A stretch of 64,000 nucleotides of DNA from Candidatus Saccharimonadaceae bacterium (lineage in GTDB: Bacteria; Patescibacteriota; Saccharimonadia; Saccharimonadales; Saccharimonadaceae): positions 32,544-96,543 of the forward strand of contig JAVBQO010000004.1 of assembly GCA_031548885.1 (NCBI GenBank), read 5' to 3'. Of this stretch, positions 9,927 through 18,931 are shown in pieces. The notes beneath the pieces are model-generated. The model did not search any database and was not told the DNA's origin. It was given only the letters and a program-made list of their open reading frames with translations. How positions within the stretch are numbered: position 1 is the first letter of the stretch; every line of letters starts with the position of its first letter. A program made the position numbers and the translations under genes.

Positions 9927-10256
9927 TTGGCTGAAGATTACCGCCCAAATCCAGAAACTATTCTTGAACAGCAACAAAATTTGTTGCGTGCCGCTTCGCT
10001 TCCATACAATCATTTTGCCGAGAGAATTAAGCCTGGCGACGGCGTGAAAGCCAACAGGACTTTTACTGACAAAACTATTGCCGATGCCGAATATGCAAAT
10101 AGCAAACTCGACAAACGTTTTGAGCACGAAACGCCCACGAACAAACCAAACATTGACGTCAGGAATGTTGAGTTAGCGAAAGATGTGGCGCAAATTGGCG
10201 CGAATCTGGTGCGAATACGCCAGGCGCGTCAATCCGAATTTGACCTCGCGGCGTAG
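9927..10256 (+). CDS. Hypothetical protein
   Basis: 109-aa ORF with a TTG start preceded by TAGGAG (9914-9919). No recognisable family. Confidence 0.45.
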   Translation: MAEDYRPNPETILEQQQNLLRAASLPYNHFAERIKPGDGVKANRTFTDKTIADAEYANSKLDKRFEHETPTNKPNIDVRNVELAKDVAQIGANLVRIRQARQSEFDLAA

Positions 10257-10268
10257 TATAATGTAACT

Positions 10269-10676
10269 ATGGCGATTTTATCAAAAGTCAAAAAACTGTT
10301 AGTTGGCACGGCGACAACTTCGACGGAGCGGCCGCTCAAACATCTGACCGAACGCGATTTAATTAACGCCGAAAGCGAAATTGGTCGGCAACTGTTCGGC
10401 TCGATTCCGGATGGTCATCGTCGCGAATTTTTCTGTCTCGACCAACACACCTGGGTGTGGCACGAAGAATGGAAACAAGATAAACAAACTGTGTCACAAA
10501 CCACGCGCTACGAAATTCGCCCGAACGGCATTATCAAAGTCGGCGACGGCGGTCAGTACAAATACGTTGAAGGCGCTGAACTGGAGAATCTGGTGCTGGC
10601 GATGCGCCTTTATTACGAGCAAGTTATGCGCGGCCTCTACAACATCGATCCATACACTGGACAAAAGTTGGTATAA
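10269..10676 (+). CDS. Hypothetical protein
   Basis: 135-aa ORF. TATAAT (10257-10262) lies 6 nt before the ATG. Native-like composition. Confidence 0.55.
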   Translation: MAILSKVKKLLVGTATTSTERPLKHLTERDLINAESEIGRQLFGSIPDGHRREFFCLDQHTWVWHEEWKQDKQTVSQTTRYEIRPNGIIKVGDGGQYKYVEGAELENLVLAMRLYYEQVMRGLYNIDPYTGQKLV

Positions 10677-10683
10677 TTAGTAC

Positions 10684-11931
10684 GTGATATATTTGGATTA
10701 CGCGGCGGCAACGCCGATGGACGAACGGGTTTTGGCGGCTATGACGCCGTATTTTTGCGATGATTTTTATAATCCGTCAGCCAGTTATTTGGCTGCGAAA
10801 AAGGTCCGCGACGATTACGAAAACGCCAAACATTCGATTGCGAAAATCATCGGCGCACGACCGACGGAAATTGTTATGACGGCTGGCGCGACCGAATCGA
10901 TCAATTTGGCGCTGAACGTTGATGGCGAAATTATTACCACGGCGATCGAACACCCGGCGGTTTTGGAGACGGCGAAAAATCACGATCGTCATCTCGACCC
11001 CGCCTCTTCGCAAACCCTTTCCCAAAAGAGGCAAGTAGCGCCTGAGACGGCTTCATGGACAGCCTCTTTTGCGAAAGGTTCACGAGCGGCGGCTGGCGAA
11101 AATACGAAAATCATCGGCGTAAATGCGAAAGGTCGCGTTGACCCGGCCGAAATCACGAAAAGTATCACTGACAAAACAACGTTAATTTCGGTCGGCTACG
11201 CCAACAGCGAAATCGGCACCGTGCAGCCGATTCGCGAAATCGCCGAAATCGTAGCCGGTGTTCGCGAAAAACGCTTGGCAAATGGTTCGAAAAAACCGAT
11301 TTATTTGCACGTCGACGCTTCGCAGGCGGCCGGATTGCTCGATCTCAGCGTGGCTCGGTTGAACGTTGACATGATGACGCTGAACGCCGGGAAATGCTAC
11401 GGACCAAAGCAAGTTGGGTTGCTGTATGTGCGAACCGGCGTGATCGTGAAGCCGCTGTTTTTCGGCGGCGGCCAGGAAAACGGCCTGCGCAGCGGTACAG
11501 AAAATGTCGCCGGCGCGATCGGTTTTGCGCGGGCGCTGGAACTGTGCGAAAAAAAGCGCAAAGGCGAGGTGAAGCGACTGGGAGATTTGCGAAATAATTT
11601 AGCAAAGTATTTGACTGAAACTTTTCCCGACATCCAAATTAACGGCGATCAAAAGCATCATTTATCGAATATCCTGAACATTTCGTTGCCTGGTCTGGAC
11701 GGCGAACGCGCGGTATTCGCATTGGATTTGAAAGGTGTGATGGTTGCGACCGGATCGGCTTGCGCGGCAAACAAAGGCACGCGCAGTCACGTTCTGGCGG
11801 CGATCGGCTTGCCCGACAAAATGATCGACGGCAGTTTGCGAATTTCGCTGGGACGATTCACGACCGAGCAGGAAATTGCGGAATTGAAGCCGATCCTGCG
11901 CGAAGTTTTGGAGCGTGAGCGGTATGCTTAA
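10684..11931 (+). CDS. Cysteine desulfurase (class V aminotransferase, NifS/IscS-like) with an in-frame insertion
   Basis: IYLDYAATTP-like N-terminus, PLP-lysine region MMTLNAGKCYGPK, and GLRSGTENV and GSAC motifs. An insertion of about 35 aa lies at nt 10999-11093. Confidence 0.85.
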   Translation: MIYLDYAAATPMDERVLAAMTPYFCDDFYNPSASYLAAKKVRDDYENAKHSIAKIIGARPTEIVMTAGATESINLALNVDGEIITTAIEHPAVLETAKNHDRHLDPASSQTLSQKRQVAPETASWTASFAKGSRAAAGENTKIIGVNAKGRVDPAEITKSITDKTTLISVGYANSEIGTVQPIREIAEIVAGVREKRLANGSKKPIYLHVDASQAAGLLDLSVARLNVDMMTLNAGKCYGPKQVGLLYVRTGVIVKPLFFGGGQENGLRSGTENVAGAIGFARALELCEKKRKGEVKRLGDLRNNLAKYLTETFPDIQINGDQKHHLSNILNISLPGLDGERAVFALDLKGVMVATGSACAANKGTRSHVLAAIGLPDKMIDGSLRISLGRFTTEQEIAELKPILREVLERERYA

Positions 11932-12517
11932 ATGGATTTTGACGCCGGTTCTGATGTTTTTGGCGATTGTCGTTGGGCTGTCGTTTTATCTGTCGCCTGA
12001 CGACCTGCGCGGTTGCGAAAAGCCTGGCGTGGGTAAATGCCAGAAAGCCGACAAAATCGTCGCTATCAGCGGCGGCAACACCAACGCGCGCGTTGACGAA
12101 GCGGTAAAATTATACAAAAGCGGCTGGGCGCGAACAGTTATCTTTAGCGGCGCAGCGGCTGACAAATCCGGCCCGAGCAACGCTGCAGCGATGAAAAGCC
12201 GCGCAGTTGCGAACGGCGTTCCGGAACACGCTATCTATATCGAGGAAAATTCCGAAACGACGCTAGAAAATGCCGAAAAAACAGCGCCGTTGTTTTCGCC
12301 AAATGACCGCGTGATTTTGGTTACATCGCCATATCACCAGCGTCGCGCCGGATTGGAATTTGCGAAAGAGGCGCCCGATTCAGTGAATATTATCAACCAT
12401 CCCGCGATCGATTATAATTGGTCGAAACGTGTCTGGTATCTGTCGCCGGTCGGCTGGTGGTTGACGATTAGCGAAACGACGAAAATCATTGCATTTTATG
12501 TCGGGGGGTTGTTCTAG
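11915..12517 (+). CDS. YdcF/DUF218 (ElyC/SanA-like) family protein
   Basis: TM anchor, then VAISGG...VIFSG...TTLENAEK...LVTSPYHQRRA, as in DUF218. ATG at 11924 is an alternative start. Confidence 0.75.
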   Translation: MSGMLKWILTPVLMFLAIVVGLSFYLSPDDLRGCEKPGVGKCQKADKIVAISGGNTNARVDEAVKLYKSGWARTVIFSGAAADKSGPSNAAAMKSRAVANGVPEHAIYIEENSETTLENAEKTAPLFSPNDRVILVTSPYHQRRAGLEFAKEAPDSVNIINHPAIDYNWSKRVWYLSPVGWWLTISETTKIIAFYVGGLF

Positions 12518-13542
12518 TGAAAGTGTATGTTGGCATGAGCGGCGGCGTCGACTCGTCGTTGACCGCGGCGCTACTTTGCGAAAAAGGTTACGATGTGACC
12601 GGCGTGTATATGAAAAACTGGACGCAGGATTTGCCCGGCATGAAATGTCCATGGGCGGACGATTTGGCCGATGCGAAACGTGTCGCGGTGCAACTCGGTA
12701 TTCCATTCAAAGTGTTCGATTTCCAGGCCGAATACAAACAAAAAGTCGTCGATTATATGATCGCGGAATATTCGGCCGGCCGCACGCCAAATCCGGATAT
12801 CATGTGTAACCAAGAGGTTAAATTCAAGATTTTTCTGGAAACGGCATTGGCAGACGGCGCCGAAATGATTGCGACCGGGCATTATGCTCGAACCGAAAAT
12901 GGTGAGTTGTTGAGAGCGATTGATAACAACAAAGACCAAACGTATTTTCTGTACCGCGTAACGGGCGATGCTTTGCGAAAAACGTTGTTTCCGCTGGGCG
13001 AATTTACAAAACCGACCGTGCGAAAAATGGCAGAGGAGCGCGGTTTGGTTACAGCTCGGCGAAAAGAGTCGATGGGCGTTTGTTTCGTCGGCAACGTTGG
13101 TATTCGCGAATTCCTTTCGCAATTCGTTGACACGACGCCGGGTGAAATCATCGAAAAGGAATCGGGCAAAGTTTTGGGTCATCACGACGGCGCGATTTTT
13201 TATACCTTTGGGCAGCGTCACGGTTTGAACATCGGTGGTGGTTTGCCATATTACGTCGTCGGCAAAGACATGGCGAAAAATGAGGTTTGTGCATCGACCA
13301 ATTTGAACGACGAATCGTTTTGGCGCCACGAGTTGCGATTAACTGATCTACATTGGATAAACGACGCGCCGGTTGCGAGAAAAACGTATCAGGTTCGATT
13401 GCGCCACCGTGCGCCATTGGCCGATTGCGAAATTGACGGCGACAAATTGATTTTGCGAAACCCAGAACGCGCGATTGCGCCGGGGCAGTCGGCGGTGATT
13501 TATGACGGACGGGCTTGTCTTGGTGGCGGAGTAATTGTCTAG
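12517..13542 (+). CDS. mnmA: tRNA 2-thiouridine(34) synthase
   Basis: PP-loop VGMSGGVDSS, NPDIMCN and KDQTYFL motifs. Confidence 0.92.
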   Translation: MKVYVGMSGGVDSSLTAALLCEKGYDVTGVYMKNWTQDLPGMKCPWADDLADAKRVAVQLGIPFKVFDFQAEYKQKVVDYMIAEYSAGRTPNPDIMCNQEVKFKIFLETALADGAEMIATGHYARTENGELLRAIDNNKDQTYFLYRVTGDALRKTLFPLGEFTKPTVRKMAEERGLVTARRKESMGVCFVGNVGIREFLSQFVDTTPGEIIEKESGKVLGHHDGAIFYTFGQRHGLNIGGGLPYYVVGKDMAKNEVCASTNLNDESFWRHELRLTDLHWINDAPVARKTYQVRLRHRAPLADCEIDGDKLILRNPERAIAPGQSAVIYDGRACLGGGVIV

Positions 13543-13552
13543 AACTTCGTCA

Positions 13553-13585
13553 GAAAATGAAAATCGGGCACCTTAGAGATGCCCG
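13553..13585 (-). terminator. Intrinsic terminator of the minus-strand small-ORF transcript
   Basis: Hairpin CGGGCA-N9-TGCCCG (13565-13585), followed on the minus strand by a U-rich run (plus-strand gaaaatgaaaat). Confidence 0.55.
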
Positions 13586-13740
13586 CCCGCGCCATAACCG
13601 GGCGCTGGGTGCGGTGCTCGGATAACCTCCGAGCTTGGTCTTGCTGAATGGGGTAAGGTGTTGTCTGTCAACGAGTAAAGCTATCGATCGCAACTATGCA
13701 TTTATATTGCTACAGTACTAGCGGTGAGCTCAGTGCGCCG

Positions 13741-13986
13741 TTAGCTCTCTTCGATGATGCCGACGATGATGCCGTCGGCATTCACGATGAAAGTATCCGA
13801 GCAGAAACCCAGAAGACAGTCGTCGCCTGTCTTGCAGATACCGCAGTCACACTGGGTCTCCATCACGCTCACGCGACGGTTCTCGTCCCAGGGATTCGGC
13901 AATTCTTCGACTCGCGGCTTCTCGTATGAGGCCTTCAGGAAGTCGTCGAACACTTCTCCAACATGCTGCTGCATGAGATTCTCCAT
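13741..13986 (-). CDS. Small Cys-rich hypothetical protein in a high-GC single-gene island
   Basis: 81-aa ORF with GGAGGTG 8 nt upstream. Own promoter TTGACT-N17-TATCAT (14027-14055, minus). High GC3 and every Lys codon is AAG, unlike the neighbouring genes. Confidence 0.6.
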   Translation of the reverse strand: MENLMQQHVGEVFDDFLKASYEKPRVEELPNPWDENRRVSVMETQCDCGICKTGDDCLLGFCSDTFIVNADGIIVGIIEES

Positions 13987-14026
13987 TCAACGTACACCTC
14001 CAGGGCGTTCCCGGATGGATAGCTCA

Positions 14027-14055
14027 ATGATACCATATTAACTTATAGTAGTCAA
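14027..14055 (-). promoter_or_regulatory. Sigma70-like promoter for the 13741-13986 small ORF
   Basis: On the minus strand: TTGACT (14055-14050), 17-nt spacer, TATCAT (14032-14027). Confidence 0.55.
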
Positions 14056-14106
14056 TAGCCTATCTTAATCCCGCAGTGATTCTAGAGTTATGGTACAATA
14101 ACAGAT

Positions 14107-15981
14107 ATGAACGCAAACGAAATCCGCAGAACCTACTTTGAATTTTGCCGCGAAAACGGCCACGAAATCATCCCGCGCGCCAAATTGGTGCCGGAAAACG
14201 ACCCGACGACGCTGTTTACCGGATCGGGCATGCAACCGCTTTTGCCGTATTTGTTGGGGCAAGATCACGAAAAAGGCGTCCGTTTGGCCGATTCGCAAAC
14301 CTGTTTTCGCGCCGACGACATCGACGAAGTTGGCGACAACCGCCACACGACGTTTTTTGAAATGCTGGGAAATTGGTCGCTGGGCGATTATTTCAAGGCC
14401 GAACAATTGCCGTGGTTTTTCGAATTTTTGACTGACAAAGTTGGTTTGGATGCGAATCGTTTGTACGTCACGTGTTTCATTGGCGACGAAAAATTCAACT
14501 TGCCGCGTGACACCGAATCCGCGGAAATCTGGAAAAATCTGTTTGCGAAAAAGGGAATCGATGCGAAAGACGTCGAAATCGGATCCGAAGCCGACGGTGC
14601 TGAAAAGGGTATGCAGGGCGGCCGAATTTTCTATTACGACGGTGGCAAAAACTGGTGGTCGCGCGGCGGCAAACCGGAAACAACACCGGTCGGCGATCCA
14701 TGCGGTCCGGACAGCGAAGTCTTTTACGAATTCACCGACATCGAACACAGCCCGGCGTTCGGCGCGAATTGTCACCCGAATTGCGATTGCGGCCGATACA
14801 TGGAAATTGGAAATTCCGTGTTCATGACGTACCGCAAAACCGAGACCGGATTCGAAGAGCTTGCGAAGAAAAATGTCGATTTCGGCGGCGGTTTGGAGCG
14901 AATCGCGGCGGCGGCGATCGATTCGCCAGACATGTTCAGAATCAGTTTGTTGTGGCCGATTATCGAAAAGTTGGAACAATTATCAGGCGAAAAATACGAC
15001 GATTACGCGGCGAATATGCGTGTGATCGCCGACCATGTTCGCGCCGCAATTTTCCTAATCACGGACGGCGTTGAACCATCGAATAAAGAACAAGGCTATG
15101 TTGTACGACGACTAATGCGCCGGGCGATTCGTTTTGCATTTGATCTGGGAATTGAGGAAAAATTGATGAACCAAGTCGTGCCGGCGATTTGCGAAATCTA
15201 CGCGAACGATTTTGCGGAACTTGATGCGGAAAAAGTCTTGGCGATCATGGAAAAGGAAGAAAAAGTATTTCGCAGCACACTACGTGCCGGCGTCAAACAT
15301 TTCCAGCGCGAAACACGTAACGGTCATTTGACCGGCGAAGTGATTTTCAAATTGTACGACACGTATGGATTCCCGATGGAATTATCGTTGGAGGAGGCGT
15401 CGCGGTCGAACGTGTCAATCCAGCCGGATTGGCAAAACGAATTTGACGCGAAAATGGACGAGCAGAAAGCCCGTTCGCGAACTGCAACAAAGGGTCAGTT
15501 CAAGGGCGGTCTTGGCGGTCAAACTTTGCAGCACAAAAAATATCACACAGCGACGCATTTATTACAATCGGCTCTCAGAAACATCCTCGGCGAACAATTG
15601 CGCCAACACGGATCGAATATTACGGAGGAACGCCTGCGATTTGACTTTAATTCGGATCGCAAAGTAACACCGGACGAAATTGCGAAAGCCGAAAAATTGG
15701 TCAACGATTGGATTTCGCAAGATTTGCCAGTGACGTTCCGTGAATATCCGACCGACGTGGCGCTGCAAATGGGCGCGATCGGGCCGTTTGGCGAACGCTA
15801 CGACGAATCTGTCAAAGTGTACCAAATGGGCGACGGCGAAAACATCGTCAGCCTAGAAATTTGCGGCGGTCCGCACGTCGATCACACTGGGCAGCTTGGC
15901 GAAAATGGTGCGAAATTCAAAATCGTCAAAGAAGAAGCTTCGAGCGCCGGAATTCGCCGTATCAAAGCGATTTTGGCCTAA
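14107..15981 (+). CDS. alaS: Alanine--tRNA ligase, minimal form lacking the C-Ala domain
   Basis: N-terminus IRRTYFEFCRENGHEIIPRAKLVPENDPTTLFTGSGM. Editing-domain HTATHLL and CGGPHV motifs. Only 624 aa. Confidence 0.9.
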   Translation: MNANEIRRTYFEFCRENGHEIIPRAKLVPENDPTTLFTGSGMQPLLPYLLGQDHEKGVRLADSQTCFRADDIDEVGDNRHTTFFEMLGNWSLGDYFKAEQLPWFFEFLTDKVGLDANRLYVTCFIGDEKFNLPRDTESAEIWKNLFAKKGIDAKDVEIGSEADGAEKGMQGGRIFYYDGGKNWWSRGGKPETTPVGDPCGPDSEVFYEFTDIEHSPAFGANCHPNCDCGRYMEIGNSVFMTYRKTETGFEELAKKNVDFGGGLERIAAAAIDSPDMFRISLLWPIIEKLEQLSGEKYDDYAANMRVIADHVRAAIFLITDGVEPSNKEQGYVVRRLMRRAIRFAFDLGIEEKLMNQVVPAICEIYANDFAELDAEKVLAIMEKEEKVFRSTLRAGVKHFQRETRNGHLTGEVIFKLYDTYGFPMELSLEEASRSNVSIQPDWQNEFDAKMDEQKARSRTATKGQFKGGLGGQTLQHKKYHTATHLLQSALRNILGEQLRQHGSNITEERLRFDFNSDRKVTPDEIAKAEKLVNDWISQDLPVTFREYPTDVALQMGAIGPFGERYDESVKVYQMGDGENIVSLEICGGPHVDHTGQLGENGAKFKIVKEEASSAGIRRIKAILA

Positions 15982-16022
15982 CCACTAGCGTTTTGTGCGC
16001 CAAAAGTTTATAATTTAGACAA

Positions 16023-17282
16023 ATGCGATTCAAAAAAAGTCCGAAAGAAGACACTACCGCGGCGCAGCACATCGTGGCTCTTGACATTGGTACCGAATAT
16101 ACCAAAGCATTGATCGCGCGTGTCAACGGCGATGATCTGGAAATCGTTGGCGTCGGCCGCGCTCGCCAAGAAGTTGGCAACATGTATTCCGGCGCCATCG
16201 CCGACATTACAGGCGTGGTCAAAAATTGCGAAGCGGCGTTGGTCCAAGCCGAAGAACAAGCCGGATTGCAAGCCAAAAAAGTCATCATCGGCATCGCCGG
16301 CGAATTCGTCAAAGGTTTAACGAGTACGATTCGCTACAAACGGCCGCAACCCGACCGCGAACTGGATGCCGCCGAAATGGAACTGATCATCGAAAAGGTC
16401 CAAGAACGCGCCCAGGTCAAAGCCCAGCGCCAGATCGCTTTTGAAACCGGCAATCCCGACGTCGAGGTAAAATTGGTCAACAGCGCCATCGTGTCGATCC
16501 ACATCGATGGTTACAAAGTTACCAATCCGATTGGTTTTCAGGGAAAAGACATCGCAATCCAGATCTACACGGCGTTCGCGCCAATGGTGCACATCGGCGC
16601 GTTGGAACGCACGGCGGCGGAACTTGATCTGGAATTGATGGCGGTGGCGGCCGAACCATTCGCGGTGGCGCGTGCGGTTTTGGGATCGGACGCGAATTCG
16701 ACGTTTACGGCGATTTTGTGCGACGTCGGCGGCGGTTCGACGGATATCGCGGTCATCAACGACGGTGGTGTCGAAGGCACGCGGATGTTTGGCGTGGCGG
16801 GGCGGAGCTTTACCAAAACTATTTCGACTGACCTGGGCGTCGGCTACGAAGCGGCCGAAAAACTGAAATTGAACATGAATGATCCAAAAATCAAACCGGC
16901 GGTCAAAAAAATCGTAGACGAAGCGGTCGACAAAACGCTCGACGTCTGGCTGAGCGGCGTGGAACTGGGGCTGAGCGAATTTGACGCCATCGACCATTTG
17001 CCAAGCCGCGTGCTGCTGTGCGGTGGCGGATCGAGTCTCGACGCATTGGTGCTGGCGCTGGAAAACGGCGATTGGTATCAGGGCCTGCCATTCACAAAAC
17101 GCCCGCAGGTGCATCACATCAAACCCGACGAAGTTGTTGGCGTAACAGATACGACTGGCGATATTAGTGATCACACAATGATTACCGCCATGGGGCTTCT
17201 CAGGGTTGGATATGATACCATGTTAAACGCCGAGGAAAGTGGTTCAATCAAGGACAAAATTAATCGGATGCTACGGATATGA
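16023..17282 (+). CDS. ftsA: Actin-like ATPase, cell-division protein FtsA-like
   Basis: ALDIGTEYTK, IIGIAGE and CDVGGGSTDIAV phosphate-binding motifs. PilM is a weaker alternative. Confidence 0.7.
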   Translation: MRFKKSPKEDTTAAQHIVALDIGTEYTKALIARVNGDDLEIVGVGRARQEVGNMYSGAIADITGVVKNCEAALVQAEEQAGLQAKKVIIGIAGEFVKGLTSTIRYKRPQPDRELDAAEMELIIEKVQERAQVKAQRQIAFETGNPDVEVKLVNSAIVSIHIDGYKVTNPIGFQGKDIAIQIYTAFAPMVHIGALERTAAELDLELMAVAAEPFAVARAVLGSDANSTFTAILCDVGGGSTDIAVINDGGVEGTRMFGVAGRSFTKTISTDLGVGYEAAEKLKLNMNDPKIKPAVKKIVDEAVDKTLDVWLSGVELGLSEFDAIDHLPSRVLLCGGGSSLDALVLALENGDWYQGLPFTKRPQVHHIKPDEVVGVTDTTGDISDHTMITAMGLLRVGYDTMLNAEESGSIKDKINRMLRI

Positions 17283-18931
17283 ATAAAGATGTCATTTATG
17301 TTGATACCGACGACGACATAACGTCGATTATTGGAAAAGTCAAGGACGCCAAAGAGCACGTCGTGGCGTTGGTGCCACCGAAACGAACCGGCGTTTTGCA
17401 TAGTGCCGTCAATCTAAAATTGTTGCAACGTGCTGCCGGAACGGCCGACAAACGCGTCGTGTTAATCACGGCGGATTCGGCGTTGACCGCGCTGGCGTCC
17501 GGCGCCAAAGTGCCGGTTGCGAAAAACTTGCAAAGTAAGCCGGAATTGATCGAATCCGACAAGCCGCTCGATGCGGACGATGACATCATCAACGGCGAAG
17601 AAATTGCTGTTGGCGAGCTGGCTACTTTGGCTGTCGCTAATCGCAAAGTGACCAATGAACCCGAAGATGAAGAAGTCAGCGCCGCAGTGGCTGCGATTTC
17701 CGGCCAGGACGCCACGAAAAAATCAGACGGCAAGTCGAAAAAAGCCGACAAAGCCAAAAAAATTCCTAATTACAGCAAATTTCGCAAACGATTACTGATT
17801 TTCGGTAGCCTTGGTTTGGTTTTGATCGCGTTTTTGGTGTGGGCGATTTGGTTTGCGCCCAAGGCGACCATTACTGTGACTGCGAAAACGACTGCGACAC
17901 CGGTTAGCGCTACGATTACGCTTGATCCATCAGCGGCGACAAATATCGACGCCAATACTCTGCAGCCGGTTACTAAGCAAATCAAAAAAACCAACACCGT
18001 TGAATTTAGCGCCACTGGCTCCAAAGAAGTCGGCGAGGCCGCGCATGGCAGCGTGACTATCTCGAACTGTTCGGAATCCGACCCGGTTAGTCTGGCGGCC
18101 GGCACGACAATTGCCAGCGGTAGCTATCAATATACGCTCAATCAAGGCGTGACTGTGCCAGGGATGAAAACTTCGGGCGGCGCGTGCAAACCGGGCGTGT
18201 CTGGCGCTGTCGGCGTGACGGCGGCGAATATTGGCTCTGATTACAATTTGTCGGCTGGCACGAAATTCGCTGTTTCTGGCTACAGCGCGTCGCTGTTCAG
18301 CGCTACAGCGCAATCAGCATTCACGGGCGGCAGCAAAGAAACTGTGACGGTGGTCCAGCAATCTGACGTCGACAAAGCGGCTGATGCGCTGAAAAAACAA
18401 GACGACACCAACGAAATCAAATCGCAGCTAATTTCGCAACTTGGCAGCGACGTCACGGTGTTGCAGGATAGCTTCACGGTGGCATACGGCAACGTTTCGA
18501 GCAATCCCGACGTCGGCAAAGAAGCCAAAACTGCAACCGCCAGCATGGAGGTGACGTATTCGATCATGGGTATTGGCAACAAAGATTTGAACGAGGAGCT
18601 GAATGCGCTGGCCACCAAAACGATGGACGATCCAGCGGGACAGAAAATTTACGATAATGGCGCGAAAAATGTTAAATTTACGGATTATGCAGCCGGAACA
18701 GGCGGCGCAGCTAGCGTAAAGATCGCCACCACGGCGCAAGTCGGTCCAAAAATTGACGCGAACCAAGTCGCCGAACAGTCCGCGCACAAACGCGCCGGCG
18801 AAATCCAAGAAAGCTTGACCAAAATTCCAGGAGTCGAAAACGTCGAAGTTGACTTCTCGCCGTTTTGGGTCAGCAAAACGCCCGACGCCGACAAAATATC
18901 AGTAAAATTCTCGATTGATGCCAATAACTGA
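17279..18931 (+). CDS. Single-pass membrane protein of unknown function, coupled to ftsA
   Basis: ATGA overlap with ftsA. Cytoplasmic N-domain, acidic/basic linker, TM helix LLIFGSLGLVLIAFLVWAIWF, then a 350-aa Thr/Ser/Ala/Val-rich exterior region. Confidence 0.6.
   Translation: MNKDVIYVDTDDDITSIIGKVKDAKEHVVALVPPKRTGVLHSAVNLKLLQRAAGTADKRVVLITADSALTALASGAKVPVAKNLQSKPELIESDKPLDADDDIINGEEIAVGELATLAVANRKVTNEPEDEEVSAAVAAISGQDATKKSDGKSKKADKAKKIPNYSKFRKRLLIFGSLGLVLIAFLVWAIWFAPKATITVTAKTTATPVSATITLDPSAATNIDANTLQPVTKQIKKTNTVEFSATGSKEVGEAAHGSVTISNCSESDPVSLAAGTTIASGSYQYTLNQGVTVPGMKTSGGACKPGVSGAVGVTAANIGSDYNLSAGTKFAVSGYSASLFSATAQSAFTGGSKETVTVVQQSDVDKAADALKKQDDTNEIKSQLISQLGSDVTVLQDSFTVAYGNVSSNPDVGKEAKTATASMEVTYSIMGIGNKDLNEELNALATKTMDDPAGQKIYDNGAKNVKFTDYAAGTGGAASVKIATTAQVGPKIDANQVAEQSAHKRAGEIQESLTKIPGVENVEVDFSPFWVSKTPDADKISVKFSIDANN

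Noticed and set aside
13696-13929. 77-aa plus-strand ORF overlapping the high-GC small ORF at 13741-13986.
   Set aside because: It has no start context. The minus-strand ORF has a promoter, a Shine-Dalgarno site and a terminator. The plus-strand ORF is most simply its antisense shadow.
14065-14979. 304-aa minus-strand ORF antisense to alaS. Similar long antisense ORFs occur at 12571-13329, 16317-17174, 26625-27584, 45941-47113 and 32435-33025.
   Set aside because: Each lies entirely inside a confidently identified gene on the other strand. The translations are Arg/Phe-rich and low-complexity with no motifs, as expected for shadow ORFs in a genome rich in GCGAAA/TTTCGC words.
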